Source: Phyllosticta citribraziliensis (taxonomy: Eukaryota). Taken from it: DNA of 64,000 nucleotides. The stretch covers positions 620,001 to 684,000 of the forward strand of contig NW_027117348.1 of the NCBI RefSeq assembly GCF_038025025.1. The letters are read 5' to 3'. Made by a program: the position numbers and the translations under genes. Shown piece after piece: positions 1 through 9,886 of the stretch (position 1 is its first letter; the number at the start of each line of letters is the position of its first letter). The notes under the pieces are model-generated. The model was not told the DNA's origin, ran no database searches, and saw nothing but the letters and a program-made list of their open reading frames with translations.

Positions 1-222
1 GCGAGGAAGCTCGCCAAGAAGAGGGTACGTCTGGACACTCCCACCACCACCACCACTGCCGCCGCCGCCACCGCCGACGCGAGCACGCCGCTCCACACAC
101 ATTCCCACCCACTCGTTCGAATACTAACTGCGCAATTGTAGCTCGGAACCTTCGGCCGTGCCAAGAGAAAGGTCGACGAGATGACCAAGGTCATCGCCGA
201 GGCCAGGAGGGCCGGCCACTAA
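1..222 (+). CDS. RPL36: 60S ribosomal protein L36 (eL36), 3' part only; exons ..1-24 and 142-222
   Basis: Manual splice gives ARKLAKKR | intron 25-141 (GTACGT..CTAAC..TAG) | LGTFGRAKRKVDEMTKVIAEARRAGH*, matching the eL36 C-terminus. Confidence 0.93.
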
Positions 223-1128
223 GCGGGAGGATGTCACGAAAAGCACAATCCGGACTTTTTCTTCCTCTTTGCTTCAGCAGCGGTTGGCGTGAATGGGGGG
301 GATCGTCGCTCTGCGCTGGGAAAATCAATCAAGACGGAGAGACAAATCATCATGAGAAAAGACGGGACTGGGCCGGAAACTAAACTTGCTCTTTTTTTCG
401 GAATGATGGGGTGTTGCTGGTCCGAGAGTCTTGCAGTAGTCTCGATTACACGAATATCCATGAAAAAGCGGCACCTCGCCTCCTGATATCCCCTTCCAAC
501 TTTGGATGGCTTGCGTTTCTTGGGCTGTGAATTTGGGCGCTACTACTAAACTTCACAGTACGGCTTCACAGTGAGGAAGAATATCGAAGCCTCATCGACA
601 CAAAACACGACCGCCACAGATGGAATCCTCGTCGAACCGACACTGCTGAGAGCACACGGCTATTCCGTCTCAGCACGACAACACGCCACTCCAAAACACC
701 CTTTCGACCACCGATTCTGCCTTCGAGAGCACGCCAGAATATCAGCTATCCAGTTCCCAACCTCAGCCCGATACAAAGCGGCAAACGCACTTCTGCAATT
801 GCCCTGTTCTCTTCCCCGCCACCAGTGACACAGCCTCACATCTCGGCCCATTGCACCCATTGAATGAACTGCATTTTGTGCCCTGTTCCCCTTGCCCTCT
901 TGCTGGATCCAGGCACTACACCACAAACAGCAACGCTCTCAACGCTCCCAACGCTGGATTGTTCCATGTCATTGCTCATCTCATCTCGTCCTATCCAGAT
1001 CCATCCATCCATCCATGCATACACGCACGCAGCTGCTACTTGGTCTGCCTTCCCCTCGCTCACCACGACAAATGAAATGCATCTATCAGTCGAAACCGCT
1101 CTGCTCTACTCCACACCAGTCACTCAGC

Positions 1129-2784
1129 CTATTTCTTCTTCCCGAACAAGCCCTTGCCCAAAATACCCCTCAGCTTGCTCTCCTTCTCCTCGGCACTCCT
1201 CGGCACCTTCCTACTCTTCTTCTCATCCGCATCCCCGTCCGCAGCACCGGCAGCACCCAGCGCGTGTCCCCCAGCACTGCTAGCAGCCTCGGCGGCCGGA
1301 TCCTTGACCTTCAACTCGGTGGCCCTGCGCGCCCACTTGTCCGCGAGCACCGGCGCGCGCCTGACCGCGACGCTCGCGCCGTCGTCCCAGGTCATGGTCA
1401 TGAGCACGCGGCCCTCGAGGCCCAAGTCGCGGACGAGCGTGACGGCGGCGTCGGGGAGCGTGACGAGGCGCGCGTTCTCCGGGGTGTTGTAGCGCACGAC
1501 GAAGCGCGCGCCCTCGTCGGCGCTGCTGGCCAGCAGGCCGCGCACCCAAGAGTACAGGTCTTTGCCCGTCTCGTCCCGGCCGAAGCGGCTCTCGAGCTGG
1601 TGTCCGTCGGGCAAGCGAACTCGCACCGTGACGCCTGCAATGGCAGCCCGGTGGGCCGCTGCGGCTTCGGCGCGTGCCGCAAGCTCGGCGTCCGATGCGA
1701 GGCGCTGGTTGCGCGTTGCGCTGGCCAGAGCGGCCTGGTGCGATTTGGCGTGCTCGACTGTGGGAATGTAGTCGGACTCGTCAAAGGTGGCTGAGAGGGC
1801 AGCGGTGGGGGTCGATGAGGAAGGAGGAAAGAAGATGGTCATGGGGCGGGTCGCTGGGTCGGTGATTTGCGGGTTCGAGTTCGAGGATTCTTGTTCGGCG
1901 TGGGGCACGTCCGTGGCTGTGGAGGAGGATGTCGCGACATTGTTGGAGCTGGTGGGTTCGGTCGTCGTGGGGGGCGGAACAGTAGTAGCGGGGGTTGAGG
2001 TCGGGTTTGTTGGAGGAGTGTCCACGTCCATGGTGGAGCTTGGATCCTCTGGTTGAGGCTCATCCACAGCCTTATCCTGCTCTAATGTTGGCGGTGCTTG
2101 TGCTGGCGCCGAAGCAGCATCTCCAGCAGAATCGGCCTGAGAGTTGCCCATCTGCGTGTCCGTTGACTCTTCAGACTCGAGACCCTTGAAGTAGTGTGTT
2201 ATTTCCGTCATGGCTTTCTCGAGAGGTTCGCCACTGTCCTTGAACTGCAGCCTCAGCAGCGCGCTGCCGCCATGAAGTCCCACTTGACCCAGCGTCTTTT
2301 GGAGATCCAAAAATGTGCCCAATTCCCGTCCCATAATGTTTATAGAGGGTATCTCGTAATGGAGTCGACCAGCGCCAGAGCTGCCAGCAGTTTGGACGGC
2401 CCTCCCGCGCTGGGTGAGGTTCACCTTTTGCTCCGCCGGCGCAATCGTCTCAAAGACGCGAAGGACTTGCCATAGTGACGCGTTGCTCGGAAACTTGTGG
2501 GTCAGACGCTGGCCGGGCTGTTCAAGTTGCAGGGCGACATTGACGACGGCGGGAGAGCGAGAGCCCTGTACGAGGTCGAGCTTGGCGCCTTGGGGGAGGT
2601 TGGCCAGGCGGATGGTACGCGATAGGTCGACGGGCTTGTTGTTGTACTTGAGGGTATAATTGTCGGCGCGGATGCCAAACTTGGCGCAGGCTTCTTGCAG
2701 GACGTCGCTGAGGGCCTTTGCCGGAGTGGTCTTGATGGTGGCCCTCCGGGCGGAAGAGTCGACGACTACAAGGTGAGACGCCAT
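1129..2784 (-). CDS. TUG/ASPSCR1-like (Ubx4-type) UBX-domain protein, Cdc48/p97 cofactor, 551 aa, intronless
   Basis: N-terminal ubiquitin-like TUG-UBL1 segment (RRATIKTTPAKALSDVLQEAC..VDLSRTIRLANLPQGAKLDL), DYIPTVEH motif and UBX segment VRVRLPDGHQLESRF. Confidence 0.88.
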   Translation of the reverse strand: MASHLVVVDSSARRATIKTTPAKALSDVLQEACAKFGIRADNYTLKYNNKPVDLSRTIRLANLPQGAKLDLVQGSRSPAVVNVALQLEQPGQRLTHKFPSNASLWQVLRVFETIAPAEQKVNLTQRGRAVQTAGSSGAGRLHYEIPSINIMGRELGTFLDLQKTLGQVGLHGGSALLRLQFKDSGEPLEKAMTEITHYFKGLESEESTDTQMGNSQADSAGDAASAPAQAPPTLEQDKAVDEPQPEDPSSTMDVDTPPTNPTSTPATTVPPPTTTEPTSSNNVATSSSTATDVPHAEQESSNSNPQITDPATRPMTIFFPPSSSTPTAALSATFDESDYIPTVEHAKSHQAALASATRNQRLASDAELAARAEAAAAHRAAIAGVTVRVRLPDGHQLESRFGRDETGKDLYSWVRGLLASSADEGARFVVRYNTPENARLVTLPDAAVTLVRDLGLEGRVLMTMTWDDGASVAVRRAPVLADKWARRATELKVKDPAAEAASSAGGHALGAAGAADGDADEKKSRKVPRSAEEKESKLRGILGKGLFGKKK

Positions 2785-3021
2785 GCTGCGCGCACGACAC
2801 AGAGGGAGCTGACGCCGATGATGGAGTAGTGGAGGAGGTTGAGCAGTCGCGAGTTGGAGCAGTCGGAAGAGTGGCGGCGGCGCGTGTCGCGAATGTTGCG
2901 GGCAGCGATGAGGACGAAGTAGGAATGGGCAAGGATGAGGAGGATGCTCTTTTCTTGCGTGGTAGCAGTGATGCCGGCAAGGTACCGCATTTCAGAGTAA
3001 AGGTTGGGCGCAAGGGTGTGA

Positions 3022-3053
3022 GGACTTGGACTTGGATTTGGACTTGGACTTGG
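3022..3053. repeat. (GGACTT)~5 hexanucleotide microsatellite upstream of the UBX gene
   Basis: ggacttggacttggatttggacttggacttgg seen directly. Confidence 0.85.
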
Positions 3054-3582
3054 TCAGTGGTGACATGGCGGGGCAGGGAACATTACCTAGGCAGGTGGAG
3101 CTCTGGCAGCAGCGGACCTGAGGCACCGGACGGGGAACTGGAATCTCATCGAACCGCCGGTAACCCTGGGTACAATACATTACCTACACGACGACTTTTC
3201 AAGAGTCACGCTGAGCAGCTGTGCATAGCTCAAGGGGTCGGGCTATGCTTGTGGGTTCTTATTTTCCTATAATGGCCTCACTCTATTCGTTTGCAAGACA
3301 AACCAATGGTCCTGTGGAACGACACGGTGTAAAAATCATGCCAAGTCCCATGACAGGGTCGCTTCATCTGCATTCTACACAACAATGTCCGTACATGGAC
3401 CCTAAGGTACATCAGATGTACTTCCATGGTGACAGCAGTCCACGTCCGTCCGTCCAGGTCCCTTTGGCGCTTGCAAGGGTTGACGAATCACGCTGCATCC
3501 GATCTTTTTCCGACCACCACCTCTGACCCGGGCCGCACAACCAACCAACCACCCATCCAACCTTTACACGACCAGCCACACC

Positions 3583-4886
3583 ATGGCTTCTGCACTTTGC
3601 AGGCTTCCGCTCCGCCCTGCACTACGACGGCTTGCTGGAAAATCCCCTGCATCCAAGCTATGGCAATCCAACAAAATGGGCGTTTGGGAACAGGAGTTCC
3701 GCAGTCAGCTGAAAAAATCCACCTCCTTTGACCTCCTCATTGCTCAAGTTCGAGCCGGAAAATATCTTAATCAGAATGCGTCTGGAAGCTCCGACAAGGC
3801 ATCAACAGCAATCGCCAGAGCCCATGTGCAAGCCGTCCAAAATAACATGCTGCCGTATTTGATGCAAATGTCCGACTGTGCCCAAGACGCGCCCAACAGC
3901 GTCTGTGTGGCGGCATACGACGAGGTCTTGAGGCTGCTGAAAAAAGGGAATGGCGTTGTGCAGCCATACCAGCTTCGCAACATCATCAAGGCCATGAAGA
4001 ATATCTCCAATTTAAGGGCACAGCATCGAGCACAACAAGCGTCAGAGTCTTCGCCACAGCAGCTTGCCGCCGCCCAGAAAGCCACCGAACCCTCCTCAGT
4101 CGGGAATCCAAGTCTCGAATCTGCTGCTGTACCAAGCCGTCAAGAAAGAACACGGTCTAAGCGAGCAACGACCACCGCTACCAAAACAGCTTCTTCCTCC
4201 CCAATCTCGCCAATCTCAACTGTCGAGCAACCTGAGCAACGATCACTTGTTTGGCGGGAGGGTCGCTTTGTAGTAAGCTCTTTCCCGCGGTATTGAAAAG
4301 GCAACTGCTTACATACATGCCCTCATTGAAGCCTGTTGAAGACACTGTCGCTACCACTGTGACAACACCAGAACCTTCCAATGGGCAGGTCTCTGCGTTC
4401 ACCCCCACCCCTGCGGCGATATCAGAACCTGCCAATGAAACGCTCGATGTATCCACTCCCACCTCGGAATCTTCCAATGGACAGGTCTCTGTATCCACTT
4501 CTGGCTCTGCTACGACACCAGAGCCTTCTAAGGAAACGGCATCTTCATCAAATTCCACCCCAGAACCTGCCAATGGACAGGTCTCAACTGCTACGACACC
4601 AGAGCCTTCCAATGAAACGGCTTCTTCATCAATATCCACCCCAGAACCCGCCAATGGACAGGTCCCAACTGAAACGGCGCCTTCGTTCACTTCCACCCCA
4701 GAACCTTCCGACGGGCAGGTCTCAACTGCTACGAAACCAGAGCCTTCCAATGAAACGGTCTCTGCTTCCACTTCCACCCCAGAATCTTCTAACGAAAAGG
4801 CTTCTGCACCTCCAAAAACGACCGCCACGGAACCACCACGCTCGAAGACGAGGGGCATAATCGGAAGATTCTTCGGTTCAAATTAA
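3583..4886 (+). CDS. Hypothetical ~414-aa protein (exons 3583-4272, 4332-4886): presequence-like N-terminus, helical domain related to the downstream array, Ser/Thr/Pro/Glu repeat tail
   Basis: Intron 4273-4331 (GTAAGC..CTTAC..AAG) joins ORFs 3583..4296 and 4251..4886 in frame; good start context (CACACCATGG). Confidence 0.65.
4362..4810 (+). repeat. Coding minisatellite: about 10 alternating PEP(S/A)NGQVS and PEPSNET(A/V)S units
   Basis: Recurring ccagaaccttccaatgg(g/a)caggtctc and ccagagccttccaatgaaacgg nucleotide blocks. Confidence 0.9.
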
Positions 4887-5496
4887 ACATCAAGCTTTCT
4901 GGCGCTGATGCTGCTGCTTCTATTTCCGCAACAGATCACTGCGATCGAATCCGCTCGGGCAGACAAGCCGCCTAGCGCCAGGCCCAGGGCTTCTCCAAAG
5001 TCAACTGGCTTTACAGGACGAACAAAGTACATGCGGGCGAGATGCTTGTAGTATGAGCTACACTGCTCGCGTCTTGTTTGAGAAGCAGGAAAGATGTGAA
5101 TCCCGGAAGCTCGGAGGAAGAAAAGCATCCGCGCTGCTGTTTACCTGGCCGCTGTAATCAACAAGATGCTTCAGGAATCAAAAAGTTGTTTATTCATGGG
5201 CTTCAAGATAGATCTGTACGATTCTACAGGAGATTTTTCTTTCTAGGTTTGAGTGTTTGGCGGGAGCGAAAGGGGGTTACAAAAGTCTTGTCAAAAAGTT
5301 TGGACCTACATTGTCTTAGTTCTCGGCGGGAGCATTCTTGCGTCCGCAGCCGCGCAAACAATGGCGTTTGGTGGGAATCACTACTTCCTTCCACTTGAAT
5401 GCCTCCTTGCTCTTTCAAACATACATCTGCCCGCAAGTTTCCCATCACGACAGGTTTTTTTCAACACCAAAACAAGCCGAAAACTCCACGCCCGCC

Positions 5497-5829
5497 ATGA
5501 CCACGTTGAGCAAAACCGCGTCCAACTACCGCTGGCAGCGCAGCAAGACGGCGCCGTTCGAGAAGCTCGCCCGCGACATCTACCTCCGCGAGCCGCCCTT
5601 CGAGCACCTCACCGACGACGAACGCGGCTGTCTGTTCGAGACGCTCGGCACGCTGGCCGTCGAACTGCTTCCCATCGCCAAGGCCACAGGCGTCGACATT
5701 TGCAACGAGATCAACAGCGACGTCAAGAGAGCGGTCGAGTACTGCTGCCGCCTGGCGCTGAGTGGCCGCTTGGAATATCTGAAGGTGGTCATGGGGGGTA
5801 TTGTTGCGGCGGTGAAGGTGATGGATTGA
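5497..5829 (+). CDS. Tandem-array small helical protein, copy 1 (110 aa, MTTLSKTASNYRWQRSK...)
   Basis: GC-rich codon usage, CCCGCCATG start context, shared FExL / ER / Cx5D / GRxxxxKxV motifs with its neighbours. Confidence 0.85.
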   Translation: MTTLSKTASNYRWQRSKTAPFEKLARDIYLREPPFEHLTDDERGCLFETLGTLAVELLPIAKATGVDICNEINSDVKRAVEYCCRLALSGRLEYLKVVMGGIVAAVKVMD

Positions 5830-6097
5830 TGGGAGGGAGGCTGTTTGAGCTTGGTCTGGGAGCGACGCGGCGCTGTGTTTTGGCAAACTGGGCTAGAGAC
5901 TTTGGTTGGAATTTTGGGCTGGCTGGTTGTCGTCACAAACAACGGGCGGGATACATATGCGTCACCGATTCAAGATAAACTGCATTCCCCCCCTCATACC
6001 TCTCGTCTTCAGTATTTTGTCAAGTCGGTTCGAAGTTTCTACTGATTAGCGAAGCGGATTCGTTTTTCTCAACTCCCCATCGAGCCTCTCTGCACCC

Positions 6098-6406
6098 ATG
6101 GATCAAGAAGACGAGTATGCCGAGCGTCGCATCAAGGCGGACATCTTCGAAAACCTAGCTTTCGACATCTACACTGCCACCGGCAGCTTCAAAGACGTCC
6201 ACACGGACGAGCGCAAATGGCTCTTCGAAGAACTCGGCTATCTCACGCACGAAACCGGAAATATCTCGTTCAAGTTGTGTGACAGAATCAAAGACGATGT
6301 CGAAGCCGCTCTCGATCGTGCTCTGACGTCGTGGGGCCACAATCGCTTCGACTACATCAAGATGGTCGTCGGAAACATCTGCGCTGCGGCGAAGAACTTG
6401 GCTTGA
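6098..6406 (+). CDS. Tandem-array small helical protein, copy 2 (102 aa)
   Basis: FENL, DER, CDRIKDD, NRFDYIKMVV motifs; TATA-like TACATATGC at ~5952. Confidence 0.85.
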   Translation: MDQEDEYAERRIKADIFENLAFDIYTATGSFKDVHTDERKWLFEELGYLTHETGNISFKLCDRIKDDVEAALDRALTSWGHNRFDYIKMVVGNICAAAKNLA

Positions 6407-6839
6407 TGATGGGGGTTGCGGAACATCGGAGAGAGACTGGGGGGGTTTGAGCATGAGGGCATGGGGGTTGGGGTTGGGGCTTGCTTGTGGAAGTTGGGTC
6501 GGTGACTGGATGCTTCAGGGGGATTCGTCAAGGCCGGGCTGTGGCAGAATTGAGAAGTCATAGAACAGACAGCACCAATCTTGCATCTTCTGGCTGACCA
6601 AAGTCCTCTGAGTTTGCTTTAAAGTTGGTTTGTGAGAGAATCGTGCTTGCCAAAGGGACTGAAGCTTCTAGTCACCGCACGCATGGCGGCCGTTCGGTGA
6701 GGTACATATATCGCAGACTGAAGAGCACTTCTCCCTGAAAGCTTCATCTTCACAGTCTCCTGCCTGTTTTTCGCTCCCTTGGCCCAGCACCATGCTACAG
6801 CCTGAATCTCAGCTCACAGCGAGCGCGAAAGAAGATTTC

Positions 6840-7148
6840 ATGGATAAAGATACTCAATACGACACCCAACGGGCGAAGGACAAGGCATTTGAAGATCTAG
6901 TCTGCAGCCTCCTGGCTCAAACCTTCCCACTCAGCGGTCTCCACCAAACCGAACGCCAATACATCATTGATCAAGTCAAACTTCTCGCTCGCGACTCTAG
7001 GCCTCTCTCTGTCTCAATGTGCCGGAAAATCGCGTCGGACGTCTCTTCCTCCCTCCAAAAAGCCTCGAAAGCGTCATCCGGCCGATACGATTTCGCGAAG
7101 ATGGTCATGGTCGACATTTCTCTCGCGGTCAAAAGTTTGACGGAGTGA
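6840..7148 (+). CDS. Tandem-array small helical protein, copy 3 (102 aa; alternative upstream ATG at 6792)
   Basis: FEDL, TER, CRKIASD, GRYDFAKMVM motifs; TATA-like TACATATATC at ~6703. Confidence 0.85.
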   Translation: MDKDTQYDTQRAKDKAFEDLVCSLLAQTFPLSGLHQTERQYIIDQVKLLARDSRPLSVSMCRKIASDVSSSLQKASKASSGRYDFAKMVMVDISLAVKSLTE

Positions 7149-7644
7149 CAGTTGGGGGGCACTGAGGGATGTGTACACGTGGGAGCTTGGTAAAGACTGC
7201 GTTGGTCTAAAAGTCTTTGCGCCAGATTCAGACATTCCTTGTCCAAGTCGGATTGTAGCAGAAGCTGGAATCATTTGAGCGCAGATACCACCAATACAGA
7301 GTTTTCTGCGTCTTGATCCAATGCCAGTGTTTGGTCGCAAAGCTGACTTGCTAGTGTGGATATCGGCGCACAATTTCAGCTGATTGATGGGAAACTGATT
7401 GATGTGCTTTCCGTCACCTCAAACCGCAGCACGCAGCCGAATATTTATGCAGCCAAAGGTAACTCTCCCTTCTGTTACTGCACCACCGCCATCTCCTGCC
7501 TTTCTAACCTCCCTCCATAATCTTCTCGGCTCAACACCAATCCAGACACAAAACTTCAAATTACCAGTATTTTCTCCATTTCCCCCCACCCTCTCGGCTC
7601 GATCCACGTCTTAAATCCACCCACGAGAAATAACAAGGGACGAC

Positions 7645-7968
7645 ATGAGCTCCAAAGACGACAAAATCCCGTACGACACCCGACGCGCCAAAGACAAAAT
7701 GTTTGAAGACTTGGTATTCGACCTGCTCCACTTGGGGATGGGAGCCGCAGCACTCTCTTGCAGCGAACGCAAATTCGTCGTCGAACAAATCAGTCTTCTT
7801 AATCGCCAAGTCATGGATCAGCCTCTCTCGGTGTGCGAGAAAATCGCAAACGATGCCAGGATCTCCATTCAGAAAGCAAAGACAATGGCGTCGTCGGAGG
7901 GTCGGCTCGAATACATGGAGATGGTCATGGCCAACATTCTTCTCAGGGCGAAGACCCCCAAGTCGTAA
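7645..7968 (+). CDS. Tandem-array small helical protein, copy 4 (107 aa)
   Basis: FEDL, SER, CEKIAND, GRLEYMEMVM motifs; N-terminus YDTRRAKDK nearly matches copy 3. Confidence 0.85.
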   Translation: MSSKDDKIPYDTRRAKDKMFEDLVFDLLHLGMGAAALSCSERKFVVEQISLLNRQVMDQPLSVCEKIANDARISIQKAKTMASSEGRLEYMEMVMANILLRAKTPKS

Positions 7969-8430
7969 TCGTTACTGTCAGACTGTCCACGCAGAGGAGC
8001 AAGATTCCGCGCCCACCACCTGAGATCAGGTCTGCGAGCTCCTGATTGCGGAGGTGAAAATGGTCGTGGCTTGGGAAACGTAAAGGCTTGGAATTGTATT
8101 GGTGCTCAGTCATGGATTGGTTTAGCCAGAGTCAGATGTCTTTGGTCTAGGGCAGATGGTAGTACCGGCCAGAAGTCTTCTCCAATTCTATGACTTCTGA
8201 ATACTGTGCTAGATCTAGTAACGGTGATTGGGCGCAAAGTCGGTTTCCAAGTGACACTGTTGATGATTGACAGGAGTATGGACTGGGCTTGCAGTCACCA
8301 CAAACAACGACGAAGAGTACTTAACCCTCTGTCGTGCCAGTGCCATTTCCCTTCCTTTCCACCAAGCCCTACAAATCCTCCTGCTCAAAACACCACCCGA
8401 ACAAAAAACCTCAAAACAACACGACCATCC

Positions 8431-8757
8431 ATGGACGCCACAATCCTTCGCGAGTGCCGCTGGCAGCGCACCAAGGCCGCGCGGTTCGAAAACCTCGTCT
8501 ACGACCTCTCCAACCAGCAAGTCCAGGGCCACCAGCTCCCCGCAAGCGAGCACCAGTTCATCGTGGAGCAGCTCGGCCTCATCGCCCGCGAGGCCTGCCA
8601 CCTCCCGCACGAGGCGTGCGACGTGCTCGCGACCGACGTCCAGGCCTGCCTGCTCAAGGCCTCGGCGGCGAAGAGTGGCCGCTTTGACTACGTCAAGCTT
8701 GTCATGGCTGATGTCTTGGAGACGGCGAGGAACTTGAGGAGCTTGAAGAAGGAATAG
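8431..8757 (+). CDS. Tandem-array small helical protein, copy 5 (108 aa, MDATILRECRWQRTK...)
   Basis: FENL, SEH, CDVLATD, GRFDYVKLVM motifs; GC-rich codon usage begins at ATG 8431. Confidence 0.85.
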   Translation: MDATILRECRWQRTKAARFENLVYDLSNQQVQGHQLPASEHQFIVEQLGLIAREACHLPHEACDVLATDVQACLLKASAAKSGRFDYVKLVMADVLETARNLRSLKKE

Positions 8758-9203
8758 TGGGGAGCAGTGGTGGCAACATTTGCGAATACGGTCTGAGATG
8801 CGCTTTACCGTTTGCTTGTGGATATCGCTTCGTCAGTTCCCCAGGGTTCATGTTCAGGATGGGTAGTGGGAGAAATACGACGTATTGGCAGAAGCCCTCA
8901 TGAGGCTTGGGAGCGTTCATCCGCGGCAGACACGAGGAATCTTGAATATTCTGCCCGATCAAAGCCAACGAACTCGCCCATCAACGAAACAAAGGGTCAA
9001 AGCCTGGAAGATAGGAGCAGAAACTACGAAGCGCTTGCTCTTGCGTAGCATTTCTGAAAAGTAGAAGATTCCACCGCTTTCAAACGTGTAGCAAGCAACC
9101 CATTTATATCGCAAAACCGTCACACACTTCCCGTTGACCACTCACTCCCAAACCCCCAACTCACCCACCCATCACTTCCAAACTCAACCGCGCAGACGCC
9201 AAA

Positions 9204-9530
9204 ATGAGCTACACCCTAACATCCTACCGGTATTTCCACTCGCGCGTCGCCCTCTTCGAAGAGCTCGCCATCGAAATGTACTTCGGGCTGCGGCCCTTCG
9301 ACGGCCTGACGCGCGAGGAGCGCTCCTTCATCTTCGAGCAGCTGGGCCAGCTGGCCAACGAGGTCAACCGCGTCGCGCGGCCCCCGCAGCTCGACGCCTG
9401 CGAGGAGCTGGTCGCAGACATCAAGAAGACGTTTGAGAGCTTCCGCGTCTCGGCGCATCATGGGCGGTGGGATCTGATCAAGATGGTCATGGGGAATTTC
9501 TTGGCCGTCTTGAAGCGGATGGAGGAGTGA
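9204..9530 (+). CDS. Tandem-array small helical protein, copy 6 (108 aa)
   Basis: FEEL, EER, CEELVAD, GRWDLIKMVM motifs; TATA-like TTTATATC at ~9103. Confidence 0.85.
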   Translation: MSYTLTSYRYFHSRVALFEELAIEMYFGLRPFDGLTREERSFIFEQLGQLANEVNRVARPPQLDACEELVADIKKTFESFRVSAHHGRWDLIKMVMGNFLAVLKRMEE

Positions 9531-9886
9531 GAGATTGAGGGGCTTGTGGTTGTGCGTGGTGCTACCTGCATTTCTTCTTGAAGGCTGAAGTCACTTGTCA
9601 GTCGAGGCCAGGTGGTCTTGGGAGGGTTGAGGACTTTTGTGGCGGGTCCAGGAGTTGGAATAGCCACTGAAATGTCGCGTGGCTGGTTCGACTAGTTCAA
9701 ATAAATTCATGAGTCGATGGAACAGAACAAGGGAACATGGCTGAGGAGACTTCATCCCAATCAATTCAGCTTTGCGCGTGCCGTCAGAAATCGTATCTGA
9801 GTGTCGTGGTATCCATCCACCATTAACCATAACGCCAACTTTTAGACCCACAAACGCCTTTCCTTGCCCAGAGTTGCTGCTCATGC

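Noticed and set aside
5497..9530. Array as a secreted effector cluster, transposon remnants or exons of one gene
   Set aside because: No signal peptides, few cysteines, no terminal repeats or transposase motifs; each ORF has its own ATG, stop and promoter-like flank
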